In this document: positions 1-9,249 of the stretch, piece after piece
Position numbering within the stretch: position 1 is the stretch's first letter
How the letters are laid out: every line of letters starts with the position of its first letter
Assembly: GCA_038231275.1 (NCBI GenBank)
Contig: JBBRLQ010000008.1
Location: 32,001-96,000, forward strand
Direction of reading: 5' to 3'
Length of the DNA: 64,000 bases
Source: Polyangiales bacterium
GTDB taxonomy: Bacteria > Myxococcota_A > Polyangia > Polyangiales > Polyangiaceae
The notes under the pieces: model-generated
The model's input: only the letters and a program-made list of their open reading frames with translations
What the model was told of the DNA's origin: nothing
Databases searched by the model: none
Translations under genes and position numbers: made by a program

Positions 1-2914
1 TCCGCACCTGGAGGCCCAGGCTCACGAGCTCACGCACGGCGCGCATCTTCGCGCTGAGCGGCCGATCGATGCGCGACGCGTCGGCCGACGGCCAGCGCGT
101 CAGGTGCACACTCTCCTCGGCGCCAACGACCTTCGCGCGCACGACGAGGTTCTGGTACATCGCGTCCGCCGCGAACGGCACGAACGGCGCCACCAGCTGC
201 GACAACGTCACGAGCGCCTCGTACAGCGTGCCGTACGCGGAGAGCTTCTCGTCGTCCCAGCCCGACTTCCAGAAGCGGTCGCGCGAGCGGCGAAGCCACC
301 AGTTCGAGAGCGCGTCGACGAACGCCGTCATCTTCTGCGTCGCGCCGTACACGTCGTACCCGTCGAGATCGCGCGTCACGTCCTCGACGAGGAGCGAAAG
401 CTCGCTCAGGATCCAGCGATCGAGCTCTCCCTTTCGCTCGCCGCGCGGCTTCGTCGGCTCCCACCCATCCGGGTTCGCGTAGAGCGTAAAGAACGCGTAG
501 ACGTTGCGCAGCTTGATGAGAAAATCCTTCTGCAGCGCGCGCACGTTCGACAGGGAGTGGCGCGTCGCGTTCCACGGCGGGTTCGAGGCATAGAAGAACC
601 AGCGAAACGCGTCGGCCCCCGGAGCGGGCGAGGCCGGGTCGACGAGCGTAAGGCGCTCTTTCGCCGGCAACCGCGGCACTTCCACCGGCTTGACGTCGGC
701 GACGGCCGTGACCTCGACGGCGAGCGCCGCGCGATCCTCCGGAGAGAGCAGCACGACGCGCCGCTTCATCCCCTTGCCGGTCTTCACGACGACGTCGATC
801 GATTTCCCGTTGGCGTCGAGGCGAACCTTCGCCCCGTCGGTCAGGTCCATCCCCTCGAGGTCCTCTTTGGCGATGAACGCGACGCCCGTCTGCGCCTTCT
901 CTTTCGTCTTCTCCTCACCGATCAGCGCGAAGTCCATCTGCACGGCGTCGAGGATGATCTCCGGCGGCGTGTAGTTCCCCTTGGACTTGCTCTCCTTCTT
1001 CCCTTCCTTGTCGGACACGTGCCCGAGGACGATGCACGTCTTGAAGGGGAGCGGGAACGCGCGCGTGGGCGTGATGCCCTGCTCCTTTTGCGTCTTCTCG
1101 TCGAACACGAGCGTCGCGATCATGAGGAGCGTGTAAAACCAGCCGCGCGTCTGATCGATCGCCTCGCTGATGAAGTCGGCGGGGAAGCTCTGGTGGAACT
1201 CCGCCTGCCCCGTGTGCGGGTAGCCCCACTGCGCGAACGGCATGCAGCCGGAGTCGAACCAGCAGTCGATGACCTCGGACACGCGCCGCATCGTCCCGCC
1301 GCATCCGGCGTGCTTGCAGGTGAAGGTGACGTCGTCGATCCACGGCTTGTGGACAACGAGGTGCTCGCTGAGCGACGGGTCCGCCTTCTTCGCGTCTTCG
1401 AACTTCTTGAAGGCAACGGGGTTCCTCTTTCGGATCTCCTCGATCGACGACGGCGCCTCGCGGTGATCGTTCGCGTCGCAGATCCAGATGTTGAGCGGCG
1501 TACCCCAGAAGCGCTCGCGCGAGAGCGCCCAGTCGACGTTGTTCGCGAGGAAATCCCCCATCCGTCCGCTCTTGATGTGCTCGGGCAGCCAGTGAACGGA
1601 CTGGTTATTGGCGATCGCGCGCGTGATCTCTTCGGTCGTTCGGATGTACCAAGCGGGGCGCGCGTACTGGATGAGCGGGTCCTGATCGGAGCGCCAACAG
1701 AACGGGTACTCGTGGCGGTACTGCTCGAGCAGCAGCATGAGGCCGCGCTCTTTCAGCTCCGCGGCGAGATCCTTGTCGGCCTCTTTTACCCAGCGCCCTT
1801 CGTATTTGCCCATCTCGGGGCCGAAGGTTCCGTCGGGCCGCACGGCGCAGAAGAGCGGCAAGTCGGGGTGCGCTTTCAGCTGATGCTTGTGCGCGCTGAA
1901 GTCGTCCTCGCCGAACGCCGGCGCGATGTGGACGATGCCGGTGCCCGAGTCGAGGGTGACGAAGTCGGCGGCGATGACGCGATGCACGGCGTCGGGCGCG
2001 TCCTTCGCGAACGTGTCGAACGGCGGCGCGTATTTTTTGCCGACGAGATCCTTGCCCGAGATCTTCGACTCGACGACGAGCTCGGTCTTGAGCTTCTTCG
2101 CGAGCTCGGGGACGAGCTTCTCCGCGAGGATGAGCGTCTCGTCGCCGTGCTTCACGCGCACGTAGACGCTCTTCGCGTCGACCGCGGCGTACATGTTCGA
2201 CGAGAGGGTCCACGGAGTCGTCGTCCACACGACGAGCGACGCCGCGGTCGCTTCACCGACCAGCGGGAACTTCACGTAGACGCTGGGGTCATCGACGGTC
2301 TTGTACCCGAGGCCGACCTCACCTGCGCTGAGCGCCGTCCCGCCTTGCGCCCACCACCACACCACCTTGTGCCCCTGGTAGAGGAGGCCCTTGTCGAACA
2401 GCTTCGACAGCGCCCACCACACGCTCTCGACGTACGACTTGTGGAACGTGACGTACGCGCTCGGCAGATCGACCCAGAAGCCGATGCGCTCGGTCAGCCC
2501 CTCCCACTCCTTCGTGTAGCGGAAGACCGACTCGATGCATTTCTTGACGAAGGGCTCGACGCCGTACTTCTCGATCTCCGCCTTGCCGTGGATGCGGAGC
2601 TCCTTCTCTACCTCGACCTCGACGGGGAGACCGTGCGTGTCCCAGCCGGCCTTGCGGGGCACCTGGTAGCCGCGCATCGTCTTGTAGCGAGGGAAGAGGT
2701 CCTTGATGACGCGCGTGAGGACGTGCCCGTTGTGCGGGAGGCCGTTCGCGGTCGGCGGCCCTTCGTAGAAGACGAACGTGCCCTTCCCGCCCTCCGCCTC
2801 GGCGGGGCGCTCGAGGGTCTTCTCGAAGATCCTCCTCTCCTTCCAGAGCGCGAGGATTTCGCGCTCCTCTTTCGGGAAGTTCATGTCGCCGGGGACCTTG
2901 TCGAAGACGGGCAT
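1..2914 (-). CDS. ileS: Isoleucine--tRNA ligase (IleRS, type 2-like); runs off the left edge of the window
   Basis: Not in the ORF track because there is no stop in the window. Translated by hand from ATG 2914: MPVFDKVP...FYEGPPTANGLPHNGH (HIGH motif), GWDTHGLP, WTTTPWTL, GTGIVH, DWALSRERFWGTPL, EAIDQTRGWFY, KKESKSKGN (KMSKS variant), GADAFRWFF. Confidence 0.96.
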   Translation of the reverse strand, partial: MPVFDKVPGDMNFPKEEREILALWKERRIFEKTLERPAEAEGGKGTFVFYEGPPTANGLPHNGHVLTRVIKDLFPRYKTMRGYQVPRKAGWDTHGLPVEVEVEKELRIHGKAEIEKYGVEPFVKKCIESVFRYTKEWEGLTERIGFWVDLPSAYVTFHKSYVESVWWALSKLFDKGLLYQGHKVVWWWAQGGTALSAGEVGLGYKTVDDPSVYVKFPLVGEATAASLVVWTTTPWTLSSNMYAAVDAKSVYVRVKHGDETLILAEKLVPELAKKLKTELVVESKISGKDLVGKKYAPPFDTFAKDAPDAVHRVIAADFVTLDSGTGIVHIAPAFGEDDFSAHKHQLKAHPDLPLFCAVRPDGTFGPEMGKYEGRWVKEADKDLAAELKERGLMLLLEQYRHEYPFCWRSDQDPLIQYARPAWYIRTTEEITRAIANNQSVHWLPEHIKSGRMGDFLANNVDWALSRERFWGTPLNIWICDANDHREAPSSIEEIRKRNPVAFKKFEDAKKADPSLSEHLVVHKPWIDDVTFTCKHAGCGGTMRRVSEVIDCWFDSGCMPFAQWGYPHTGQAEFHQSFPADFISEAIDQTRGWFYTLLMIATLVFDEKTQKEQGITPTRAFPLPFKTCIVLGHVSDKEGKKESKSKGNYTPPEIILDAVQMDFALIGEEKTKEKAQTGVAFIAKEDLEGMDLTDGAKVRLDANGKSIDVVVKTGKGMKRRVVLLSPEDRAALAVEVTAVADVKPVEVPRLPAKERLTLVDPASPAPGADAFRWFFYASNPPWNATRHSLSNVRALQKDFLIKLRNVYAFFTLYANPDGWEPTKPRGERKGELDRWILSELSLLVEDVTRDLDGYDVYGATQKMTAFVDALSNWWLRRSRDRFWKSGWDDEKLSAYGTLYEALVTLSQLVAPFVPFAADAMYQNLVVRAKVVGAEESVHLTRWPSADASRIDRPLSAKMRAVRELVSLGLQVR

Positions 2915-3020
2915 GGGAGCCGTGTTCTACACCGCATCAACCGGGCGCCGCGCTTCCGGAATCGACACATTTCGTCTCACACGTCCTTGCACATCCACCT
3001 ACATGTGTCATATCGCCCCT

Positions 3021-4274
3021 ATGACCAAGTGGCGTCGGCTCCTCTTCGCGTCTCTCCTCAGCTTCCCGACCGGCGTTTTCGCCGCCGGCTGCTCATCAGG
3101 TGGCAGCACCGGCGAAGCCGAAGACGACATCACGAACGTGAAACAGTCGACGGTCAAAGACCAGTCGACGGAGAACTGCTGGACGTACGCGACGATGGGC
3201 TGGGCGGAGTCGCTCTACGAGACGGCCACCGGCAAAGACATCCAGCTGAGCGAGTCGTACGTCACCTACTGGCACTGGTTCGATCAGATCACCGCGGGCA
3301 CGGTCTCGGGCGACGTCGTCGAAGAGGGCGGCTCGTGGGGCGAGGCGGCGGATCTGATGATCAAGTACGGCGTGATGGAGTCGAAGGACTTCGTGCCCGC
3401 CGACGCGACCAAGGAGCTCTCGGATCGGCAGACGGTCGCGGTGAAGGCCGTCAACGACGCGCTCAAGACCGGCGGCGAGCTTCACACCGCATCCGCGCGC
3501 CACGATCGCACGAAGGTGCGGGCGTTCATGGACAAGGCGTGGCAGCTGACGCCCGCGGTCAGCGCGGCGCTCGACACGACGTTCGGCGCCGACGTGAGCA
3601 AGACGCTCGATAAGGGCGCGAGCGCGGCGCCTATCGTGAAGCACCCCGCGGATCTTCCCGCGAAGCTGATGAACCCGACCACGAAGCGCGCCGACACCGT
3701 CACGCTCGCCGACGCGATCGGGACGCACAAGTCCGCGTCCGATCAGGATCACCGCACCGGGAAGTTCGCGTGGAACGACGTCGCGTACCCGCGCGCGAAG
3801 CAGGCGCGCCGAGACTTCTTGAAGCGCGTGCAGCGCGCGCTCGCCGACGGCAACCCGGTCGTCGTCAACTGGTACGTCGACTTCAACGCGCTCACCGCCG
3901 ACGGGAAATTCCTCGCGCCGCCCGCCAAGCCCGGCTCACAAGGCGGACACGTCGTCCTCGCCGTCGACTACCAGGTCGAGAACGTCCCCGGCTTCGGCAC
4001 GCTCCCGGCCGGCGTCGTCGAGACGCGCCCCGCCGCCCTGCAAGCCGCGCTCGACGATCAGGCGATCGTGACCTTCATCCGCATCAAGAACTCCTGGGGA
4101 ACGACCTATCACCCGCTCCCCGCCCCCGGGGCCGCCGGCGATCACGATCTCTACTTGAAGTACTTGAACGGCCCGATCCAGGAGTGCGACCTCACCGACA
4201 ACGGCGACCCGAAGCCGGGCACCTGCGTCAAAGCCATCCCGTTCGAGTCGGTCGTCCTCCCCGCCGGCTACTGA
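3021..4274 (+). CDS. Papain-like (C1 family) cysteine peptidase, lipoprotein
   Basis: Lipobox FAAGC; catalytic motifs VKDQSTENCW (Gln/Cys), GGHVVLAVDY (His), IKNSWG (Asn). Confidence 0.8.
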   Translation: MTKWRRLLFASLLSFPTGVFAAGCSSGGSTGEAEDDITNVKQSTVKDQSTENCWTYATMGWAESLYETATGKDIQLSESYVTYWHWFDQITAGTVSGDVVEEGGSWGEAADLMIKYGVMESKDFVPADATKELSDRQTVAVKAVNDALKTGGELHTASARHDRTKVRAFMDKAWQLTPAVSAALDTTFGADVSKTLDKGASAAPIVKHPADLPAKLMNPTTKRADTVTLADAIGTHKSASDQDHRTGKFAWNDVAYPRAKQARRDFLKRVQRALADGNPVVVNWYVDFNALTADGKFLAPPAKPGSQGGHVVLAVDYQVENVPGFGTLPAGVVETRPAALQAALDDQAIVTFIRIKNSWGTTYHPLPAPGAAGDHDLYLKYLNGPIQECDLTDNGDPKPGTCVKAIPFESVVLPAGY

Positions 4275-4323
4275 GCCGACGCGACAGCAGACGACGCCGA
4301 CACGACGACGACGCGCGAGACGA

Positions 4324-4584
4324 TCAGCCGGCAGCGGCGATGATCGTCTTGCCGCGTTCGAGCTTGCTCGAGACCAGCTCCCACGACTTGTTCAACGTGG
4401 TGATGACCTGAAGCTCGGAGTCGTCGATCTTGAGCTGGTACTTGCGCTCGATGGCAGCGACGATCTCGACGCCCATCATCGAGTCGATGCCGAGATCCTT
4501 GAAGTGCGTGTCGTCCGGCAAGGCGTCGATCTCGGCGATTTCGCAGATCAGCTCGCGAAGCTCGTCTTTCAGGTGATCGCTCAT
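4324..4584 (-). CDS. Acyl carrier protein (ACP 1)
   Basis: Small acidic protein with LGIDSMMGVEI phosphopantetheine site; GGAGG RBS upstream of ATG 4584. Confidence 0.9.
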   Translation of the reverse strand: MSDHLKDELRELICEIAEIDALPDDTHFKDLGIDSMMGVEIVAAIERKYQLKIDDSELQVITTLNKSWELVSSKLERGKTIIAAAG

Positions 4585-4608
4585 GTTCACTTCCTCCGGA
4601 TGACGCGG

Positions 4609-4857
4609 TTAGGCCGACTGACGCTTCTCGACGACGTTGAGCAGATCCTTCACCGTTTGGATGCCGGCGAGCGACTCGTCCGGGATCTGAATCTTCAGCT
4701 GGCGTTCCATGGAGCCGACGATCTCGAGCATGCCGAGCGAGTCGATCCCGAGCTGGGCGATCGGCGTGGTCTCGTCGATTTTTTTGAACTCCTTCTCGAC
4801 GATCTCGGTGGCCGTCTTTTCGAACATGTCGAGGAGCTCAGCGCGACTGCATGCCAT
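4609..4857 (-). CDS. Acyl carrier protein (ACP 2)
   Basis: 82 aa, LGIDSLGMLEI phosphopantetheine motif, C-terminal TVKDL. Confidence 0.9.
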   Translation of the reverse strand: MACSRAELLDMFEKTATEIVEKEFKKIDETTPIAQLGIDSLGMLEIVGSMERQLKIQIPDESLAGIQTVKDLLNVVEKRQSA

Positions 4858-4947
4858 TCGTTCACTCTCCGTGGGACTTCCTGAAACTCTTTAGACGTGT
4901 GATTGGCGAAAAGGGCCACAATTCGTTCATTTTTCGTGCGTAAAACG

Positions 4948-6660
4948 CTACGCAGTGGCCGCCTCGTTCGCACCTCCGGCGCCGCCTGCTTTGCCCTTCG
5001 CGAACGCGCCGTCGAGGAACATCTGCTTCGTCTTGCGGCGCTGCGGCTTGCCGCTCGACGTTCGGGGCAAGGTCCCCTGCGCGACGATCTCGACGTGGTG
5101 CACCGCGATTCCGATCTGCGCGGTGACCGCGTTCTGGATCGCGTCCGTGAGGCCGGCGGCGTCGCTCTGGAACGCCTCGGCGCAGACGAAGAGCTGCTCT
5201 TCGCCGTCGACGTCCGCGCCGAACGCCACCACGTTGCCGCGACGGACCCCGGGCAGCTCGCTGATGACCCACTCGATGTCACTCGGGTAAAAATTGCGCC
5301 CGCGGATGATGATGATGTCCTTGAGGCGCCCGCAGATGAAAAGCTCGCCGTTGACCGTGTAGCCGAGGTCGCCGGTGTAGAGCCATCCGTCCTTCCACGC
5401 CTCGGCGGTCAGCTCGGGCTCGTGGAAGTAGCCGCTCGTGACGCTGGGGCCGCGCGTGATGATCTGGCCGACCTGGCGATCGCCGAGGTGCGTGCCCGCT
5501 TCGTCGACGATCGCGAGCTCGTGATCGGGGAACGCGCGGCCGCAGTTCACGAGCTCCTGCGCGCCATCGCCTGGCGGTACGGCCTTCGCGTCGTGCGTTT
5601 GCAGCGCCTTCGTGTCGATGCAGTCGCTGCGAACGCCGGTGCCGTGCGGCACGAACGTGATCGCGAGCGTCGCCTCGGCCATTCCGTACGACGGAAGGAA
5701 CGACGTGTCCTTGAAGCCTGCGGGCGCGAGCTTCGTCGCGAAGTCGCGCAGCGTCTTGGCCTGGATCGGCTCGGCGCCGCAGCCGGTGATGCGCATGCAC
5801 GAGAGATCGAGGCCCTGGACGTCCTTCTCTTTCAGGCGTTTCGACACGAGCGCGTACGCGAAATTCGGCGCGTAGGTGATCGTGCCGCGGTGGCGGTGGA
5901 TCGTGTCGAGCCAGATGCGCGGCGCGCGCACGAACGACGCGGTCGGCAAGAAGACCACCGGGATGTCGGTGAAGAGCGGGCCGATCACGAAGCCAATGAG
6001 GCCCATATCGTGGAAGAGCGGGAGCCACGAGACGCCCTTGTCGAAGGAGCTGTCCTTGCCGAGGCCGTGAATCATGAACGCTTCGCTGTTGGCCGCGAGG
6101 TTGCCGTGCGTGACGACGACGCCCTTGGGGCGCGAGGTCGAGCCGCTCGTGAACTGCAGAAACGCGAGATCGTCGGGCGTGACGTTCACGTCGAGCGGAC
6201 CGGGCGCGGGGGCCGCGTGCTCGTCGACGGTCGCGACGCCGAAGCGGAGGTTGTCCACGCGCGGCAGGACCGGATCGACGTACGGACGCGTCGCGGTCGT
6301 GGTGAGCAGCATGGACGCGCCGCTCGCCTTCGCGATGTGCGCGACCGTGTCGTGGTACGTGTCGACGTTCTTGAACGACAGCTGTGGGTAAATCGGCACA
6401 GGTACGACGCCCGCGTAGACCGCGCCCAAGAACGACAAGACGAACTCGTCGCCGTCGGGGACGACGATGGCGAGACGATCGCCCTTCACGAGGCCCTTCG
6501 CGGCGAGGTGCGCGCCACGACGCGTCGCTTCTTCGTGGATGTTCGCGAAGGAGCAGAAACGCTCGGTCCCATCGGGCTTCACGAAGACGAAGCCACGCAG
6601 CGTGTCGTGCGACAGCTGCTTGACGGCGTCCACGAGTGTCGGTGCGACGAGCTTCGGCAT
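4948..6660 (-). CDS. Fatty acyl-AMP ligase (FAAL)
   Basis: AFLQFTSGSTSRPKGV, SWLPLFHDMGLIG, SYGMAEATL followed by a FAAL-type insertion before LVNCG, TGDLG, RTSSGKPQR; GGAGGAG RBS. Confidence 0.9.
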   Translation of the reverse strand: MPKLVAPTLVDAVKQLSHDTLRGFVFVKPDGTERFCSFANIHEEATRRGAHLAAKGLVKGDRLAIVVPDGDEFVLSFLGAVYAGVVPVPIYPQLSFKNVDTYHDTVAHIAKASGASMLLTTTATRPYVDPVLPRVDNLRFGVATVDEHAAPAPGPLDVNVTPDDLAFLQFTSGSTSRPKGVVVTHGNLAANSEAFMIHGLGKDSSFDKGVSWLPLFHDMGLIGFVIGPLFTDIPVVFLPTASFVRAPRIWLDTIHRHRGTITYAPNFAYALVSKRLKEKDVQGLDLSCMRITGCGAEPIQAKTLRDFATKLAPAGFKDTSFLPSYGMAEATLAITFVPHGTGVRSDCIDTKALQTHDAKAVPPGDGAQELVNCGRAFPDHELAIVDEAGTHLGDRQVGQIITRGPSVTSGYFHEPELTAEAWKDGWLYTGDLGYTVNGELFICGRLKDIIIIRGRNFYPSDIEWVISELPGVRRGNVVAFGADVDGEEQLFVCAEAFQSDAAGLTDAIQNAVTAQIGIAVHHVEIVAQGTLPRTSSGKPQRRKTKQMFLDGAFAKGKAGGAGGANEAATA

Positions 6661-6833
6661 CTTGCGTAGCGTCTCCTCCAGAGCGGGCCTGCACTTACTG
6701 CGCCGAGGTCCATCACGCAAGGCTGAGCGACTCCGAAAGCGCGGAACCGGTGGCACCGCCGCGTAGCGAATTTCGCAGTGTTTTTCGAGGCCAAGACGTT
6801 GCGAGGGGGGGCTTCCCGTCTTATAAGCTGACG

Positions 6834-8075
6834 GTGTCCGTCACGCCCCGCGTCTACATCACCGGAGTCGGTGTCGTCAGCTCCATCGGGCTGGGCAAGC
6901 GCGAGTATTTCACCGCGCTGGCGGCAGGGCAGAGCGGCGTCACCCCGGTCGAGTCGTTCGACGCCTCGCAGCTCGGACGAACGTTCGCAGGTGAGGTGAA
7001 GAACTTCCGCGCGAAGGATCACCTCACCACCGCCGAAGCGCGCCGTACCGGTCGATGCTCCGCGATGACGCTCGCCGCCGCGCGCATGGCGATCGAGGAC
7101 GCGGGCATGCGGCCCGAGATCCTGAAGGGCCCACGCACCGCGGTCGTCCTCGGGACCACGATGGGCGAGGCGCAGATCTTGGAGTCGCTCGATCACTCGT
7201 GGATCAAGAGCGGCCCCTCCGGCATCAAGCGCGCGCTCATTCCCAAGTACGGCTCGACGCTCCTCCCGATTCACGTCGCGCGCGCCATCGGCGCCGAGGG
7301 GATGGTCCTCACGCTCCCCGCCGCGTGCGCCGCCGGCAACTACGCCATCGGTTTCGCGATGGATCTCATTCGCGCCGGGCGCGCGGACATCGTCATCACC
7401 GGCGCGAGCGAGATCATCCAGGAGCTGCAGTTCTCCGGCTTCGTGCGCCTCGCGGCGATGGCGCAGAGCCGCTGCCAGCCGTTCGACTTGAACCGGCAGG
7501 GGCTCATCGTCGGCGAGGGCGCTGGGCTCGTCGTCGTCGAGAGCGAGGCGAGCGTCGTCCGTCGCGGCGCGCGACCGCAAGCGGAGATCCGCGGCTACGG
7601 CCTCTCGTGCGACGCGTACCACATCACTCGCCCGCGCGAGGACGCGTCGGGGAGCATCGTCGCGATGCGCGACGCGATCACGCGCTCCGGCATCACGCCC
7701 GACGACGTCGACTTCGTGAACGCGCACGGCACCGGCACGCGCGCCAACGATCTCGCCGAGGCCAAGGTGATGAAGGACGTGTTCGGCGATCGACGCGTGC
7801 CCATCTCGAGCGTCAAGAGCATGATCGGTCACTGCATGGGCGCGTCGTCCGCGCTCGAGGCGATCGCATGCGTGATGACGATCGAAGAAGGCATCTACCC
7901 GCCGACGATCGGCTACGAAACGCCGGACCCGGACTGCGATATCGCGATCGTCGCGAACGCCGCGCAGCGCGGACCGGCGGACGTCGTCCTGAACAACTCG
8001 CTGGCGTTCGGCGGCTACAACGCCGTCACGTGCTTCTCCAAGCCCGGCAAGCTCCCGCCGCCCATCGCGGCCTAG
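6834..8075 (+). CDS. Beta-ketoacyl-ACP synthase (FabF / type II KS-alpha-like), catalytically intact
   Basis: Catalytic Cys in PAACAAG, His in NAHGTGT, His in KSMIGHCMGA, C-terminal NSLAFGGYN. GTG start estimated. Confidence 0.9.
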   Translation: MSVTPRVYITGVGVVSSIGLGKREYFTALAAGQSGVTPVESFDASQLGRTFAGEVKNFRAKDHLTTAEARRTGRCSAMTLAAARMAIEDAGMRPEILKGPRTAVVLGTTMGEAQILESLDHSWIKSGPSGIKRALIPKYGSTLLPIHVARAIGAEGMVLTLPAACAAGNYAIGFAMDLIRAGRADIVITGASEIIQELQFSGFVRLAAMAQSRCQPFDLNRQGLIVGEGAGLVVVESEASVVRRGARPQAEIRGYGLSCDAYHITRPREDASGSIVAMRDAITRSGITPDDVDFVNAHGTGTRANDLAEAKVMKDVFGDRRVPISSVKSMIGHCMGASSALEAIACVMTIEEGIYPPTIGYETPDPDCDIAIVANAAQRGPADVVLNNSLAFGGYNAVTCFSKPGKLPPPIAA

Positions 8076-8082
8076 GTCCCTC

Positions 8083-9249
8083 GTGAAGCCGCGCGCGCTC
8101 ACCGGCCTCGGAATCGTCTCGGCCGCGGGGATCGGCCGCGAGCCGTTCTATCGCGCGATGACGGCGCCGGTTCCGCTGGCGCTGCAGCCGCAGCACCCGA
8201 TCGAGTCGTTCGACGCGGCCCGTTATCCGAACGCGCGTCTCGCCGAGGTCGTCGGCTTCGATCCGACGAAATACCTCGGCGACAAAGGCCTGCGGTCCCT
8301 CGATCGCCTCACGAAGCTCCTCGTCGTCGCGGCGCGTCTCGCGATGCACGACGCGGGCTTCAAAAAGGACGGCGCGTACATCTCGTCATCGCCTGAGCGC
8401 GTCGGGTTGTGCTGCTCGAACGCGTACGGCAGCCTCGAGGCGATCACCGAGCTCGATCGCGTCGCGAAGCTCGAGGACGCGCGGTACATCAACCCCGCGA
8501 AGTTCCCCAACACCGTCGCCAACAGCGCGAGCGGGTACGTGAGCATCTGGGAAGACCTCCGCGCGCTCAACGTGAGCGTCTCGGACGGAAACTGCGGCGG
8601 GCTGGACGCCGCGGCGTGCGCCGACGTGTACCTCGACACCGGGCGCGCCGACGCGGTGCTCATCGGCGGAGGCGAGGCGCTGAGCGAGGCGCTCTACCTC
8701 GCGTTTCACAAGATCGGCGCGACGGGCGAGCGCTCGTCGTGCCTCGGCGAAGGTGCCGCCCTCCTCGCGCTCGAGCCGATGGAGGCTGCCCAGGCGCGCG
8801 GCGCAATCATCCGGGCCCAGCTCGTCGGCTACGGTACGGCGTTCGTGGCGCCCGAGAGCGAGAGCCTCATCCACGCGTCCGCCGAAGCAATGGAGCGGGC
8901 GATCACCTTCGCAATCGCCGACGCCAGTCTCCACGCGGGCGATATCGACGTGGTGGCGAGCGGCGTGTCCGGCCTCGCGCGCTTCGACACCTGCGAAATC
9001 GCGGCCATCGACGCCGTCCTAGGGACGGCCGTGCCGATCGCGGCCCCGAAGGCCATCCTCGGCGAGACGCTCGGCGCCGGCGGCGCGATGGGGATCGCTG
9101 CGGCGCTCGCGTGGCTCGACGGCGCCCCGCCGGCAGTGCTAGTCCGCGGCACGGCCCCGCGCGAGGTCCGCACGGTGCTGGTCACGTCGATGGGGTTCTA
9201 CGGCAACGCGTCCGCGGTCATCGTCCGGCGCGAGGAGACAGTACGTTGA
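8083..9249 (+). CDS. Ketosynthase-like protein lacking the catalytic triad (chain-length-factor-like partner)
   Basis: KS-fold motifs (TGLGIVS, GEGAALLALE, TSMGFYGN). Aligned to the adjacent KS, AAC becomes DGN, NAHGTGT becomes VASGVSG and GHCMGA becomes GETLGA. Confidence 0.8.
   Translation: MKPRALTGLGIVSAAGIGREPFYRAMTAPVPLALQPQHPIESFDAARYPNARLAEVVGFDPTKYLGDKGLRSLDRLTKLLVVAARLAMHDAGFKKDGAYISSSPERVGLCCSNAYGSLEAITELDRVAKLEDARYINPAKFPNTVANSASGYVSIWEDLRALNVSVSDGNCGGLDAAACADVYLDTGRADAVLIGGGEALSEALYLAFHKIGATGERSSCLGEGAALLALEPMEAAQARGAIIRAQLVGYGTAFVAPESESLIHASAEAMERAITFAIADASLHAGDIDVVASGVSGLARFDTCEIAAIDAVLGTAVPIAAPKAILGETLGAGGAMGIAAALAWLDGAPPAVLVRGTAPREVRTVLVTSMGFYGNASAVIVRREETVR

Noticed and set aside
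620-946. IleRS insertion as an intein
   Set aside because: No N-terminal Cys/Ser block, no C-terminal His-Asn plus nucleophile, no endonuclease motifs.
2915-3020. T-box leader for ileS
   Set aside because: Only about 105 bp of divergent intergenic space, and no T-box sequence seen.
104-3613. 1169-aa plus-strand ORF
   Set aside because: Antisense shadow of ileS; Arg-rich, no motifs, typical of high-GC DNA.
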